Source: Andalucia godoyi And28 (Eukaryota > Protista > Jakobida). From it: 248,000 nt of DNA. The first letter of the stretch is position 1, and every line of letters starts with the position of its first letter. Positions 92,142-103,680 of this stretch are shown here, piece after piece. The position numbers were made by a program, and so were the translations under genes. The DNA is taken from the NCBI GenBank assembly GCA_009859145.1, contig VRVR01000022.1, positions 20,001 through 268,000 of the forward strand, given 5' to 3'. The notes under the pieces are model-generated. The model saw only the letters and a program-made list of their open reading frames with translations, had not been told where the DNA came from and ran no database searches.

Positions 92142-93355
92142 CTACTGCCATTGGCCAAATATAGGGCTCTGGGGCTCTTCTCCGAACTCTGATTTTTTTC
92201 TCGAAACGGGGGGAAGGGGTCGAGAAACCGAGACAAAAGTCTTCACGGTGGAATACTGGTCATCTTCTGTTCTCCGTTTCCGATAATGACTGGAATTCGT
92301 CGTCACGCGCTTCCCTTTTGCCTTGCTTGAATAGCTTGTCCATTCGTTCTGCTTTGATCGCTCTATTTTAGCTTCAAACAATGGTGGAACCACAATTTTT
92401 TCGCCCCGCATGGGGTTGAATGTATACTCCGAGCGCTGCCCTTCATTTGCTTGTTCTTTTGTCAGATCATCGATGACGATGTCGGAAGGACTGTTTTCGG
92501 GAGAGATCGTTCTTTGACGAACCGGAACTCCGAAAAGGGGGGCACTAGGCTGTCTTGGAGTCGGAAGAGCATCCAGCAACGACTGGAAGAATTTTTCGTA
92601 ATGTTCTTCGTTTGTTAACTTCGATAAAAACGAATCAAAGATTTCGGCAGATCTTCCACGAAGCTTCGTCAGTTTCTTGAGAACTTCTCGTTCTCTTAGC
92701 AGTTGCTGCTCTAATTCGCGCACTGTTACTTCCCGGTCTCGAAGCCGATCCTCCTGATTTCGGATGGTCGCCGAATGGACACTAACGAATGACTCCGTTT
92801 CCTTCAGTCGAACAGCGCGACTGTCTAATTCCGCTGCTCGTTCTTCTAATATCCGCGATCTTCTTGAAAGATTCGCCATTTCAGTTTCCACATATTTTTC
92901 AAAGTTCTGCTTCCTGTTGAGAAGTTCAATGTCCATCTCCTCAATCCGTCGCCGGAGAGAGTCTCGGCGTTCGTGTAAGCTGACCATTTCCGTCTCTCTC
93001 TTTTGTTTCTCTCTCTCGAGTTCCTCAATTTTGTTAGACTTTTCCCGGATGACTTCGTCGAGTCGAAGATCTTGCAGTTTACATGTGTCCTGAAATGAGA
93101 AAGAAAAAGAAATAGAGTCAGTGCTGGATGCATTAAAAATTGGATGCAGATTGTTTCTACTGGGAACAACATTTGCTGGATACGTACACGAGGACTGATT
93201 AGAGAGTGATTTCGGACTTTCCTGTGATTTCCAACTAAAGGAGAGCCTGCAGTTGTCGCTTGCTTTCGCAAGTGATCGACACGATTCTGCGCACCGATCG
93301 TTGGTCTCTGAACCTTTGAAAGGAACGGGCTTGAAACGCGGTCTTCTCTCTCCAT
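92142..93355 (-). CDS. Two-exon coiled-coil protein (intron 93090-93217)
   Basis: 46-codon exon 1 from MEREDRV joins in phase 0 to DTCKLQDLRL.. which is in frame with the 92142-92987 ORF. Confidence 0.6.
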
Positions 93356-94222
93356 AGTCACCAAAGTTCCTGTGTTGCCTGGTGAAGATTCGATGATTAC
93401 GCCGATCGTCACGAATACCCTGAAAAAGATGTTCTCACGGTTTCAGTTAGAGGGAAGAAAAAACATAACAAACGTTGAGAATGTAAAGTGCTTTGGAATC
93501 TTCCTGCAAAGTTTGCAAATCTGCTGTTTATCGGCAACACAACCTGTTGTAAAAAAAAAAGAAAACTGCTTGGAAGCACAGTTTGATGGCCAACGTAACA
93601 TAGCCCGCTGTTCTGCACCGTTGCACGAGTCAGGGGGTTGGGATCCCCATCGCCTAGAGAGAAGGAGGAACGGAGAGAGAGGGAGACAGAGGGAGAGAGG
93701 GAGACCGAGGGAGAGAGGGAGACAGAGAAGGAGAGGAAGGGCAGGCTCTCGGCACGCCACCAGCCCCCAGCTGTTGAAATCCAAAGTCTCAACCACCGTG
93801 CCCAAAAAAGTCGACTCGCCAACCGTAGAGTGCATTCAACGTGCGTTTTCCCCAACAATCAGCAATGTTCTTTCGATAAATACTGCACTGCAAGCGCCGC
93901 CATTCCAGCTCTCGGTCCATCCTTACTGGAAACATTGGACACCGGAAAAAACAAAAAACGAACACACACACAAACGCCTTATCTCTGGCCAGTTTGTGCT
94001 GGACATTCTCACGTCTCCCACACAGGCCGCATGTCTTGGTGATGCACTCCTCCGCCACATCACCCACTTGCCCACCCGCATACCCCCTCCCGTACGCTTG
94101 TGCAGCAGTCTCCGGCAGCATCCGTGGTGGCTCCGACTCGGCATCATGAGGCTGATGGAGAGAAGCCGGGAAACCACCAAGCCACAGCAGACAACGGATG
94201 GACACCAGGGACACCAGAATGG
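93279..94222 (-). repeat. Inverted duplication, right arm
   Basis: Mirror of 86823-87766. Confidence 0.95.
93817..94196 (-). mobile_element. Decayed Fanzor2 relic, family C (inside right arm)
   Basis: Mirror of 86849-87228. Confidence 0.65.
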
Positions 94223-94641
94223 TAGAAGCTCGTTCTTCTTTGCAGGTTTGACAGAGCCCTTTGATGTGAATGATGCAGATGATGTCCGTTTGGGCCCAAC
94301 ATCAGATGGTAGACGCTGAGAAGTCATAGGATCTTGCGGAAGGGCTGCTCGGCCATGGAAGGCCTGATAGTCAATCGAGCATCTCCCTCCAGAAAAAAAG
94401 AAAGGAAAATCATTTTCCAAAAAAAAAGAAAAAAAGAAAAAGAAAAAGATATATAAAAAATGAAATAGAAGAATGAAGATAAAAATTGGAAAAGCAAAAT
94501 ACCATTCTGTTCTGAGGACTGAGCCGCTCCACGCTTCGATGTTTTTTCCGTTTTCTCCCTTTTTCTTGGCATCCAGTGTTATCTGAGCAGGACGACTCGC
94601 CTTTTGTTACCGAACATGCGTAATGCTCAAGGTTTAAGCAA

Positions 94642-95676
94642 ATGGTAAATGCAAGCAATATTCAAGATCAACCGCTATATTGGTTTCTTCTTGTCTTTTT
94701 CATTGCCCAAGTGATCTACAATGTTTGTAAGTATTGTTCCTTGATGATTCTGAGTCGTCATGTCCAGAAATCTACCTCTACGCAGGGCAGACAAGGTCAC
94801 AGGATTCGTGCGTACATGATAGTTTTTCCTTCTCTGATGCCAGCTCTGTTAGGAGTTCGCACTCTCAATCATCAACTAAACAACATGTGCTCCACGTTGC
94901 TGCCACTTTCCTTTTTCATAATTCTTCTCATCCAAGTAGCATTGTTTGTGTACCAACTGAGGGCCATCATCCCGACTCACTTTGACAGAGTCTTATTGAG
95001 ATTCCGTGGACGACTTGGAATGCTTTACATTTCTTGCTTCATCGTGTGCTCGCTTCCTTGTTTTGCTTTCTGTCTTGCTTCCTATTTTGCACAAGTTGGT
95101 GTATCCATGGGTGGCGTATGTTCGTATGGAGGCGCTACAATCCCAGGGACGAAGGTATCTCTTTGGAATCTTGGGTTTTCCGCTCTCGATCTACTCTTCT
95201 TGGTTGGTAATATCATTTGTGAATTCCGGCTTCGGAGCACCATTATTCACACTCTCGTGAAAAGGGAGCTTTTGCTGTTAGCTCGTTGGCACTCTGCGGA
95301 ATTGCTGCTTGACGTAGTGTTTCGTTATGATTTATTCTCCATGACATTGTTCAGTATTGGCGGAACCAACTCCGCCACGTTAACAATTGATTTTGTGTTT
95401 GACATTTTATTTGAAATTTTTTCTTTGCTGATGCTTGGCTGTGGGTTTGCGTTCTTTCTCGCCAGGTTTGAATTGAAGTTTCTCCGACTGAACAATCCGT
95501 TCTGCAAAAGATGGTGGATGCTTCTGTTTAAGAAAATGGATCTGGAGTGCGATCTCATGGAAGCCATGTCGAATGCCCGATCTAATCTTCAAAGGGTGCA
95601 TCTTCAGGATTCGAAATTGGTTGAAATGCAAGCTCGACTGCTGCAAATCGACTCAGTGTCTCCGAGACCGTCATAA
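94642..95676 (+). CDS. Multi-pass membrane protein (GPCR-like topology possible)
   Basis: About 7 hydrophobic segments. Confidence 0.6.
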   Translation: MVNASNIQDQPLYWFLLVFFIAQVIYNVCKYCSLMILSRHVQKSTSTQGRQGHRIRAYMIVFPSLMPALLGVRTLNHQLNNMCSTLLPLSFFIILLIQVALFVYQLRAIIPTHFDRVLLRFRGRLGMLYISCFIVCSLPCFAFCLASYFAQVGVSMGGVCSYGGATIPGTKVSLWNLGFSALDLLFLVGNIICEFRLRSTIIHTLVKRELLLLARWHSAELLLDVVFRYDLFSMTLFSIGGTNSATLTIDFVFDILFEIFSLLMLGCGFAFFLARFELKFLRLNNPFCKRWWMLLFKKMDLECDLMEAMSNARSNLQRVHLQDSKLVEMQARLLQIDSVSPRPS

Positions 95677-96000
95677 ATCGGATGTGCTGTATCGACAAAA
95701 TATCAACCTCAAGCACTTGCTGATCGGGATCTGGCACCGTGACAAAAATTGCCCATTATGCAACCCATCACGCGCATTGTCTATCTGAAGAACCCTTCAG
95801 CGCACCGGGACTACACCCCCCCCCCCCCCCCGTTTTTTCTTCTTCTTCTTCTGAATTGAATTCACATTCGTTCCCAGTGCAAGATTGTATATGGACGATC
95901 AACAACAGTTCGCCCTTGCTCATCGTACAATGTAGACGTTATGAAACGGATTCCGAGTAGTATTTTAATTTTGAATTTTTTGCGTTGTTGAGCAATTAAC

Positions 96001-97743
96001 TTAACTTGCCATTCTGGATTGCAGTTCCTCGTTCCTCTTGCACTCCTCTTGGAATTCTTTGACAGCCATAAAGTACTTCCTCTGCTGCTCGAGAAGATCA
96101 TTGAATTTCGTCTCAAGGGACTGTTTGGAACCAAACTCATCATCCAGTTTCACATCCACTTTGCTCTTGTTGCGGAGAACATTGTCGATGATACCAGACA
96201 GCTGTTCAATGAATTTCTCCTTTCCTTGCTTTGACGACATTGCCGTGGAGAAGCCATTGTAAATAGAATCCAACAATGACAATTCCTTGGACAGATACAC
96301 CCTTGTCTCATCAAGAGTATTGTAGGAGTTGAAGTACTTGCGAGTTTCCTCCAACTTTGAAGACACCTGTTCGTACAGTTCCGAAAAACGGCGTTCATAT
96401 TGCAGAAGTTCAACTTGCCTGGGAACCATGTCGATCTTTCTTTGGAGGCCGGCAATTTCTCTGCTTTTTGCTGCGAGAATGCCAGACACGCGAGTATGCT
96501 GCTGCAAGGCATCATCAAAGGCAGCCTGCGCTTCCGTTACACCAGACTGATCAAACTTTTCATTGTCGCGCTCTACAGCGTTCAGCTTTGATTTCCACTT
96601 CCGCATTTCAGCAACACACCCTTCTCTGAACAACTCTTTCTGTTTTTGAAGATCCGCATGGGAGGCAACAAGCCTTCTTAGCTTGACGATGTCGTCTTCA
96701 TCCTCCGCCGAAATCACGGCTTTCATGTTCTCTATATCCGAGGTCAGCTTGTTTGTGACATTCTGAACAACGGATAGATCATCATTTGCCTTATTCTTTC
96801 GGGCCAACGCCGCATCACGCTCTTCGGTGGCAATTTTGATGCGCTTTGCTAGTTGGTCATTTTGCTTTTGCAGATTAATTACCTTTTGAGAAGAAGGGTC
96901 CACACGACTTGCTTCTTCTTCCAAGGCTTTTGCTTTGGCATTGTAATCTGCAGAGGCAGAGCGGATTTCTTCGGATTGGATTTCAACAATTTTGGAGACA
97001 ACACTGGAAGAGATCCGGTTGTTATCGTCGGCAACTGTTTGCATCCGTGACTGCTCAGCAAGATCCGCATCTGCATCAACAACGTTCACCTCCATCTGTG
97101 CTTCGGCAGGACTCTTCTTCTTGGACTCCGAAACGACCGACCCTGAGGAAGTTCGGTATTCCAGTAACGTCAAATGGACCTTCTTTTTCGTCGGTTCTGC
97201 GTCCTTGACAGATAGAACCCGGCGAAATCGCCGCTTCGGCCGGTAGCAAGACGACAGTGCTGCCACATACGATTCGTTCTGGACAACGCTGGAAGACAAA
97301 ACAGAACTTTCATATGCAGAGTCGGAAAAATCTGTCAATGACTGCGAGAAAGCAAGATCTGAATTGTTTCTCATCGATTGCTGAGCCTCTTCGCGTGTTT
97401 CTATGACCTTCTTTACCAACCACTGGATCACTGGAAAGATATTGGAAACGTCAAGACCTTGGATTTGATGAGACTGAAGAGGGAACGGACATTTCATTCG
97501 TTTTAAAGCGCGTGTTATCGACTCTCCCATCTTGATTCTCTGACCGATGTTTGAATTCTCCCTGAAAGACACGTCAACATCCACATCAACGTTTGCATTC
97601 GAAATGCACCAAGCCATTCCTCCGATGACTTTGTCGAACGGAGACAAGGAGGAAATGCGCGCTCGGAAATATCCAGCTGCAACCAACATCTCAACGATCT
97701 CATCCAGCCTGTTACGGGCCTCCTCATTCATGGGGACATTCAT
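96001..97743 (-). CDS. CCDC93: Coiled-coil domain-containing protein 93
   Basis: LVAAGYFRARISSLSPFDKVIGG, CPFPLQSHQIQGLD, ELLQYERRF.ELY. Confidence 0.92.
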   Translation of the reverse strand: MNVPMNEEARNRLDEIVEMLVAAGYFRARISSLSPFDKVIGGMAWCISNANVDVDVDVSFRENSNIGQRIKMGESITRALKRMKCPFPLQSHQIQGLDVSNIFPVIQWLVKKVIETREEAQQSMRNNSDLAFSQSLTDFSDSAYESSVLSSSVVQNESYVAALSSCYRPKRRFRRVLSVKDAEPTKKKVHLTLLEYRTSSGSVVSESKKKSPAEAQMEVNVVDADADLAEQSRMQTVADDNNRISSSVVSKIVEIQSEEIRSASADYNAKAKALEEEASRVDPSSQKVINLQKQNDQLAKRIKIATEERDAALARKNKANDDLSVVQNVTNKLTSDIENMKAVISAEDEDDIVKLRRLVASHADLQKQKELFREGCVAEMRKWKSKLNAVERDNEKFDQSGVTEAQAAFDDALQQHTRVSGILAAKSREIAGLQRKIDMVPRQVELLQYERRFSELYEQVSSKLEETRKYFNSYNTLDETRVYLSKELSLLDSIYNGFSTAMSSKQGKEKFIEQLSGIIDNVLRNKSKVDVKLDDEFGSKQSLETKFNDLLEQQRKYFMAVKEFQEECKRNEELQSRMAS

Positions 97744-98151
97744 ATGCGGGACAGCAGCTGCAGGTTTGATTTTTTAAAATCTATGAACAAACAAAAAGAA
97801 GATCGAACGAAAACACCATTCAGCGAAGGAGAACCTTTGTGACCCAGCGCCCAGCCTGCAGAAAGCAGCATCAACCCTTTCCGTGTTTTCTCCCGACTGG
97901 TTGCGCCCATTACAGCCGACGAGCATTTGATGCGGATTTGGAATTTCCCTCAGTCCCGAGGATTGTGTTACAGACGCACCACTGACCACACAGCTCCATG
98001 GGAAAAAATGAAAGATGAAAAAAAAAAGCACGAGAAAAGACATGCTAGCGATGACACCAAAAAGAGAAAGCGGATGTGGTGACGCGACCTTTTGCTGAGA
98101 GCGTGGGGCGCCAATTACACATGCGAAAGGAACGGATGCCCAAAAACACGC

Positions 98152-98690
98152 CGCTGCCCCTTATTGCGATATGATGAAGCAATCTGAAGCGTGCATAAAC
98201 AAAAACACTGCTACGCGTCATGCGCATGCGTTTGCTATCTTAAGCAACTCCGTCACACAATGCCCGATTCGTTTCGCCCCATTTAGATCATGAAAGCCCT
98301 ATAAACACGCCGCCGCGTTGCATTCTCGCACAGTGACGCTCATTTCGTATTTTTATTGTCCGTGCAACGCACCATGTACGTCACGCCCGCAACGCTGCGC
98401 AAGACCCATGACAATCTCCACCGCCAGGAAAGATCGCCAAGGCGACAACGACGTGGCAGATATTGACATGAGGCCATTATCAATTCCAGCAGCGGCTGCT
98501 CCGCAAATCGCGCGAATCCGCGGGGGCGGCAGGTGTCGATTGCGACTTGTGACGGAGGAGTGCACGTCTAAAACGTGCGGCCGTTGCGGGGAAATGCATC
98601 GCAAGTTGTGTGGAAACAAGGTGTTGGGTTGCAACATTGATTATGGGCGATCAGCGATGAATTATCCGTGGTTAGTGTACAATGTAGGCG
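98152..98690 (+). mobile_element. Non-autonomous Fanzor2 element, family B copy 2
   Basis: CCGCTGCC left end; VTEECTSKTCGRCGEMHRKL; GTGTACAATGTAGGCG right end. Confidence 0.88.
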
Positions 98691-98884
98691 TGGAATCGCA
98701 TAATCAACCGTCTACTAATAAATGATTCTAGTTCGCGCACTATCTGCTATCTACGATGATAACTTCACGCAGTAGATAATCGTATGAGAAACGCAAATGA
98801 TTCTTGAAGGGCCCTTTATCGCTCCTCAAAAAACCCCCAAGTGACGCTTCACCGCACGCCACCGGGGTGGGAGGACGATGCATG

Positions 98885-101242
98885 TCAAGACTTAACATCA
98901 ATAGACGTGTTATGCGATCCAAACATAATACGATTCTGCAAAGAAGAAGAAGACATCTTCTGGGTAAATGCGCTTTTCTCAATCTGCACTGTCGGCTCCT
99001 GTATTCCGTTCTTACGAAGCAAAGAGGAAGCAAGCGACAGCACTTGTTGGTCGTCCGCGTTATCTGCAATTTGAATTCCCGCAGAACAGAAGTATCGCGA
99101 ACCGTCAATTGTCCACAGTCTCTCGTTGTGAACCTCAACGACACCGGGCATCCGTCCGATCTCCTGTAACGCTGACCGAAAGCGTTTCAAATGCTTTTCC
99201 GAGCCCCGTTGCAGCAGGACGTCCACAGACTCTCTGACGAGGGGCAAAGCAGACGCGATCACAAGCGATGCGATTGCAAATGACACTATAGCATCTGCTG
99301 CGTGAAACGAGTGATTTGTAATCATGTATGACGACGCCATCACACCGATCGATCCTAATGTGTCTGCCATCATGTGAAGGACGAGACCTCTCAGATTCAA
99401 ATCCATTCCGGTAAATATCTTATCGAATACGGTGTAAAAGCGGTCAACAACACGCCTCCAAACAGACGAATGCGGGTGCCTGTATGTGGGTCCATCGTAT
99501 TCGTGATCCGCACAGTCATGACTGTGTTCATGATCACTAGTATGATGGGAGTGCTGATGCTGATGCTGATGCTGATGCTGATGATGGTCGTGTCCTTGAC
99601 AACCGCCGTGACCACAGTCATGCGCATGCGCGTGAGCAGACGAAAAGAACACAATGCCCGATAAATTGACCAACAAACCGAGAAAACTCACAAACATGAG
99701 GCGATGAGTGTGAATTAGTTCTGGAGCAAGCATTCTTTGAAACGCTTCCATCAAGATGAACGATCCCACACACAACAAAAGGATGCCGTTAACAAGTCCG
99801 CCCACGACCACATATCGAGAATATCCGTAGGAAAATACCCTGGAATTTGAATGGGAGAGCGAGGACATGGAAAGAAAAGACGAGATCAGCGACACAAGAA
99901 CCGCAATGCAGTCAAATGCCATGTGAAAAGCATCGCTGATCAGCCCAAGAGAGTTGTTCCACCATCCGTACAGAAACTCAACACCCATAAACAAAAAATT
100001 GATGACCAGAAACGCCGCCATAGAGCGCGCATCTGCATTCTTGGCAACATGGGAAAAGAAATCGGACAACCCAACAGAGGGGGACGATATCCGAGCATTG
100101 AACTGCGGAATCACGGATTTGGAGGTCAGAACTTCTGAAGCAAAGGGAAGATAGGAAGTCAAGACCTCCCATCCAGACCACACGCTGTCATCATACTCGG
100201 ACGAGAAGAGTAAGATGGACACTTGCACAACGACAAACGCCGCGATAGCAAGAATTGGGGGGACATACGTCCCCGAAAAAATGGACAAAAGGAACATGAA
100301 GCAAAACATGACGGGAAGAGAGATGCGCGCAAGGAATGTTTGACTAACGCGTGCATACGTTACAACCTCCATATAATAAGGAACAACGATAAGGAGAAAT
100401 GCCAAGGAGCAGGACGTCAAAACCGACGAGATCGTCGTGGCTGCGGCAAACTCGCTGGATGTTCGGAAACGAGAATACACGAAGAAGGGAAACAGCAGAG
100501 CACCCGACACCGCGAATGTAATTGCCGTTAATCTTTTTGCTCCTCCAACTTCAATTGCCAATTTCTTTGAAGAATTCTTTCGAACGACAGACAGAAGACA
100601 CGCCACGAACATGTAAAAGAGTCCAAGCAAGGGGCGCCGTTGTTCAACAATGACCAGCAATGAAGACGGAGACAGCGACAACGCGTCTTCACTGGCTCCC
100701 TGGTCAGCAACGTCCTCTGCTTTAGCCTCTGCTGGCGCTTCTGAAAGCCCAGCCGGAAGAGAAGGATCCGAACTTAGAAGAAGCAACAACAAACCGAAGC
100801 CAAGAAACAGAGACGCTCGTGTTTTCGTGTCCGACCACAGATCTCTCCCTGTCAAGAAGAGCAGAAACGTATGAAGCGGGAACTCGATTGCCTCTGCAAT
100901 AACGGATCGCACAAGGCCTAGTTCCTTCACAGAAGACAACCAGAAGGACACAATGAAGACCATCAACGTAGAATTAACAACAACACGAAACCACTGCCTC
101001 GTGGAAAGCTCCTTCTTTCGTTTCCAGGGTTGTTGTATGGTCATGAAGAATACTCCAGAGAATGCAAATATCAAAAACAGATAAATGAACCTATTCGCAT
101101 CCGTCATCACGGAAGAGATGACAGACATGGAGGACGTGCGAAGACAGCAAGCCACTGCGTAGACGAACACAAAAGCAAGTTGCAAGGACTGCGACGAATT
101201 TTGCCTCCCCTTTCTGGGTAAGACATCTTCGAACCAAGTCAT
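98885..101242 (-). CDS. ZnT5/Msc2-like cation diffusion facilitator
   Basis: LISDAFHMAFDC, His-rich loop, LHMMADTLGSIGV. Confidence 0.88.
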   Translation of the reverse strand: MTWFEDVLPRKGRQNSSQSLQLAFVFVYAVACCLRTSSMSVISSVMTDANRFIYLFLIFAFSGVFFMTIQQPWKRKKELSTRQWFRVVVNSTLMVFIVSFWLSSVKELGLVRSVIAEAIEFPLHTFLLFLTGRDLWSDTKTRASLFLGFGLLLLLLSSDPSLPAGLSEAPAEAKAEDVADQGASEDALSLSPSSLLVIVEQRRPLLGLFYMFVACLLSVVRKNSSKKLAIEVGGAKRLTAITFAVSGALLFPFFVYSRFRTSSEFAAATTISSVLTSCSLAFLLIVVPYYMEVVTYARVSQTFLARISLPVMFCFMFLLSIFSGTYVPPILAIAAFVVVQVSILLFSSEYDDSVWSGWEVLTSYLPFASEVLTSKSVIPQFNARISSPSVGLSDFFSHVAKNADARSMAAFLVINFLFMGVEFLYGWWNNSLGLISDAFHMAFDCIAVLVSLISSFLSMSSLSHSNSRVFSYGYSRYVVVGGLVNGILLLCVGSFILMEAFQRMLAPELIHTHRLMFVSFLGLLVNLSGIVFFSSAHAHAHDCGHGGCQGHDHHQHQHQHQHQHSHHTSDHEHSHDCADHEYDGPTYRHPHSSVWRRVVDRFYTVFDKIFTGMDLNLRGLVLHMMADTLGSIGVMASSYMITNHSFHAADAIVSFAIASLVIASALPLVRESVDVLLQRGSEKHLKRFRSALQEIGRMPGVVEVHNERLWTIDGSRYFCSAGIQIADNADDQQVLSLASSLLRKNGIQEPTVQIEKSAFTQKMSSSSLQNRIMFGSHNTSIDVKS

Positions 101243-101557
101243 TACAATTTCCCAGGATCGACGAATTGCTGTGAAGCAGCCAGGACAAGAAGAGATGTTC
101301 TTTCGGAAATCAGAAACCAAAAAATGTGCAAGCGGCAAAGGCGAGTTCTGTGTAATAAATATATTGGAGAGAATACCAGCAGTCCAGTGATCTTTTGTCA
101401 GATCACGAACCGCGATTGTAGTCGCTCCACTAGGAAAATGATTCAAAAGATTTTTTTTTTTTCAAGGTGCTTCCGATTTTACCCTCTATTTTCTTCTTCT
101501 CCTGGTCTTTACCGGTTGTCGTTGTTCATTCATTTCTGCGTGCACCCTCTGGCGACA

Positions 101558-101860
101558 ATGACGACTGTTGGCGCGAAAGTACTGAGCTCCGTTGGGACGG
101601 CAGCGTCCTATGCCTGGAAAACAGCAGAATTTGGCGGTCGTGCACTGTGGATTCTTGGGACATCGCTCCTGGTCCTCTACATCCCTGTCCAACATCTTGT
101701 GGAAGTCCAGAATGCGCAAGAAATGGAATTACTAATGGCGAGACAAGCCCAGGAACAGCAAGCAGCAGCAGCAGCATCAGCAGCAGCCGCCTCAGCGGGC
101801 CAAAGCCAGCCGGCGCTTTCAAGCTCTGCTTTGAGTGCCCTAGGAATCGGAAAGAAGTAA
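101558..101860 (+). CDS. TOM22: Short Tom22/Tom9-like mitochondrial import receptor
   Basis: GGRALWILGTSLLVLYIP..VE. Confidence 0.6.
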   Translation: MTTVGAKVLSSVGTAASYAWKTAEFGGRALWILGTSLLVLYIPVQHLVEVQNAQEMELLMARQAQEQQAAAAASAAAASAGQSQPALSSSALSALGIGKK

Positions 101861-102096
101861 ACAAGTACTGCGGTTTTTGTTGCGATGGCTGTTGTAGTTT
101901 CAACGCGTTTCCCAAGAAATCATTCTTATGAGATACTAAAAAACAAAAAGACAGAGATACACATTTACGTACTGCAAGAGACGAATGACGCACAGGATCG
102001 CGACAATGGAAAACACTTTCAAATGGAACAAAAACGCGAAAGATCCGCAATGGCTTTTTTTTTTGTCAGCACCAGCAAAAAAAAAAAAAAGGATGT

Positions 102097-102336
102097 CTAG
102101 CGAGCCTTTGGAAGAGCAACTTTAGGCTTCTCTTCGCTCTTGAACGGGGCAGAAATGAACGGCAACGCACCTCCTACGGAGAAGAAGACAACAGCAAGTC
102201 AGTACAAACAAGATAAAAATACTGGATGCAGAATCCAAAATGAGCAGAGCCACATACCAAGAAGTCCAATGACGCATGAAAAAAACACTACTGGGTCTTT
102301 GTACCCGAAATTCACGATGCTTCGAAGCTTCGACAT
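102097..102336 (-). CDS. NDUFA3: Complex I subunit NDUFA3/B9-like, two exons (intron 102174-102257)
   Basis: Spliced 51 aa MSKLRSIVNFGYKDPVVFFSCVIGLLGGALPFISAPF..; GTATGT donor, CTGAC branch, TAG acceptor. Confidence 0.65.
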
Positions 102337-103079
102337 GTTGATATTGCAACAAAAGAGGTGAATTCTCGAAATGTTTTTTAAAATGTAACTGTCAACAGGA
102401 AAACATGAAAAGCTGACGCAAGGTGCGCGCATGTCGTTGTGGTTTTCTCTTTTTCTCTCTGTGTTTCAGAGAGTGAAATGTACTGTACAGCAGGTCGCAA
102501 GGAATTGAAGCCCAGCTGATTTCCTTTTGTAAGCGCCAGTCGGTGTGTATTTGGTTCCCCATGCTTGGAGTCGGTTAGCCATGTCCTTCTGCACTGCGAG
102601 CACCTTTCCAAAGCGCGGCATAAATGGACAAACGGAATCCGTCATTAGCTCAATGCGTCGTTCAAAAAAATAAATAAATAAAAATAAATAAAAAATGCTG
102701 ATGCAAGAAGCATTGCCGTGAAGGAGCGTTTCCTCAAATGCTTTTCGACACTGAGTGGCGATGCGAGATTTTTTTTGCTGTACCCTTGAATGTGTGCAGA
102801 TGCTGTTTGAATTGCAGGGGGAGCGCACCTCCAGCGTTTGGCGAGAGGCGCAGACGACTTTCTGAGGAATTATTTCCACCTGCTGTCTGAATTCTGCGAT
102901 TGAACGTATCGCAAGCGTTGTGTTTTTATATATATTATATTGATTGAAAGACAACCCATCTTTTGGAAGGAAGAATTAGAGTGGCATCCGGTGAATCCTA
103001 AACATGGACTTGCGGATGCCGGCGAGGGAGGCGTCGGATTCCAATGTTGTACCGTTTCTTCTGTGATGCAATACTGATA

Positions 103080-103680
103080 ATTCGCGGCTGTTTCCGGCTG
103101 CAGCCATAAGGTTGATTACTTGACGACCATGCATCGGTTCTTGGATGTATCACCGTAAATATCTAAGTAACCCCACCGAAGTGACGGGTAAGACATGCCC
103201 CGCCGTCCGCATGTCTTGAAAGTGCATTTATCCGTGGCGATCGTGACCTGCCCTGGCAGCCCCTGATCTCATGTGCTTTGTGCAGCAATCGCCGCTGAAA
103301 CTCATAACGGTCCCCCACGACGGCATCTGGTGGTGTAACTGACGAGCTCGGCGTCGGTGTAGACACTAGGCTGCACACGGAGATCGGTAGTTTGGCGTTG
103401 GGAGGGCCGCTGCTTGATGGGTCGACGAGACCCGTTTCGCTTTCTCGATCTCGACGGGTTGCCCCCGACGGGCCTTTTTTGCTCGATGTCCTCGATACTG
103501 GAAGTGTGGTGCGATCCGGTTTCGGACGCATCTCCTCCGTCCCGAGGCGGCCCAGCAGCCCAGCGTCACAGGATAGCCTTACGCACTTCGAAATTCCATG
103601 TTGCAAGACAAAACGAAAAGAGGGGGGAGGCGGGAGGCGGGGGGACAGTAGAACAATGCGTCACATGCTAAAATAAACAA
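103080..103680 (-). mobile_element. Decayed Fanzor relic, family D copy 1
   Basis: YEFQRRLLHKAHEIRGC, then frameshifted VTIATDKCTFKTCGR; 5' part repeated at 207606-207912. Confidence 0.6.
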
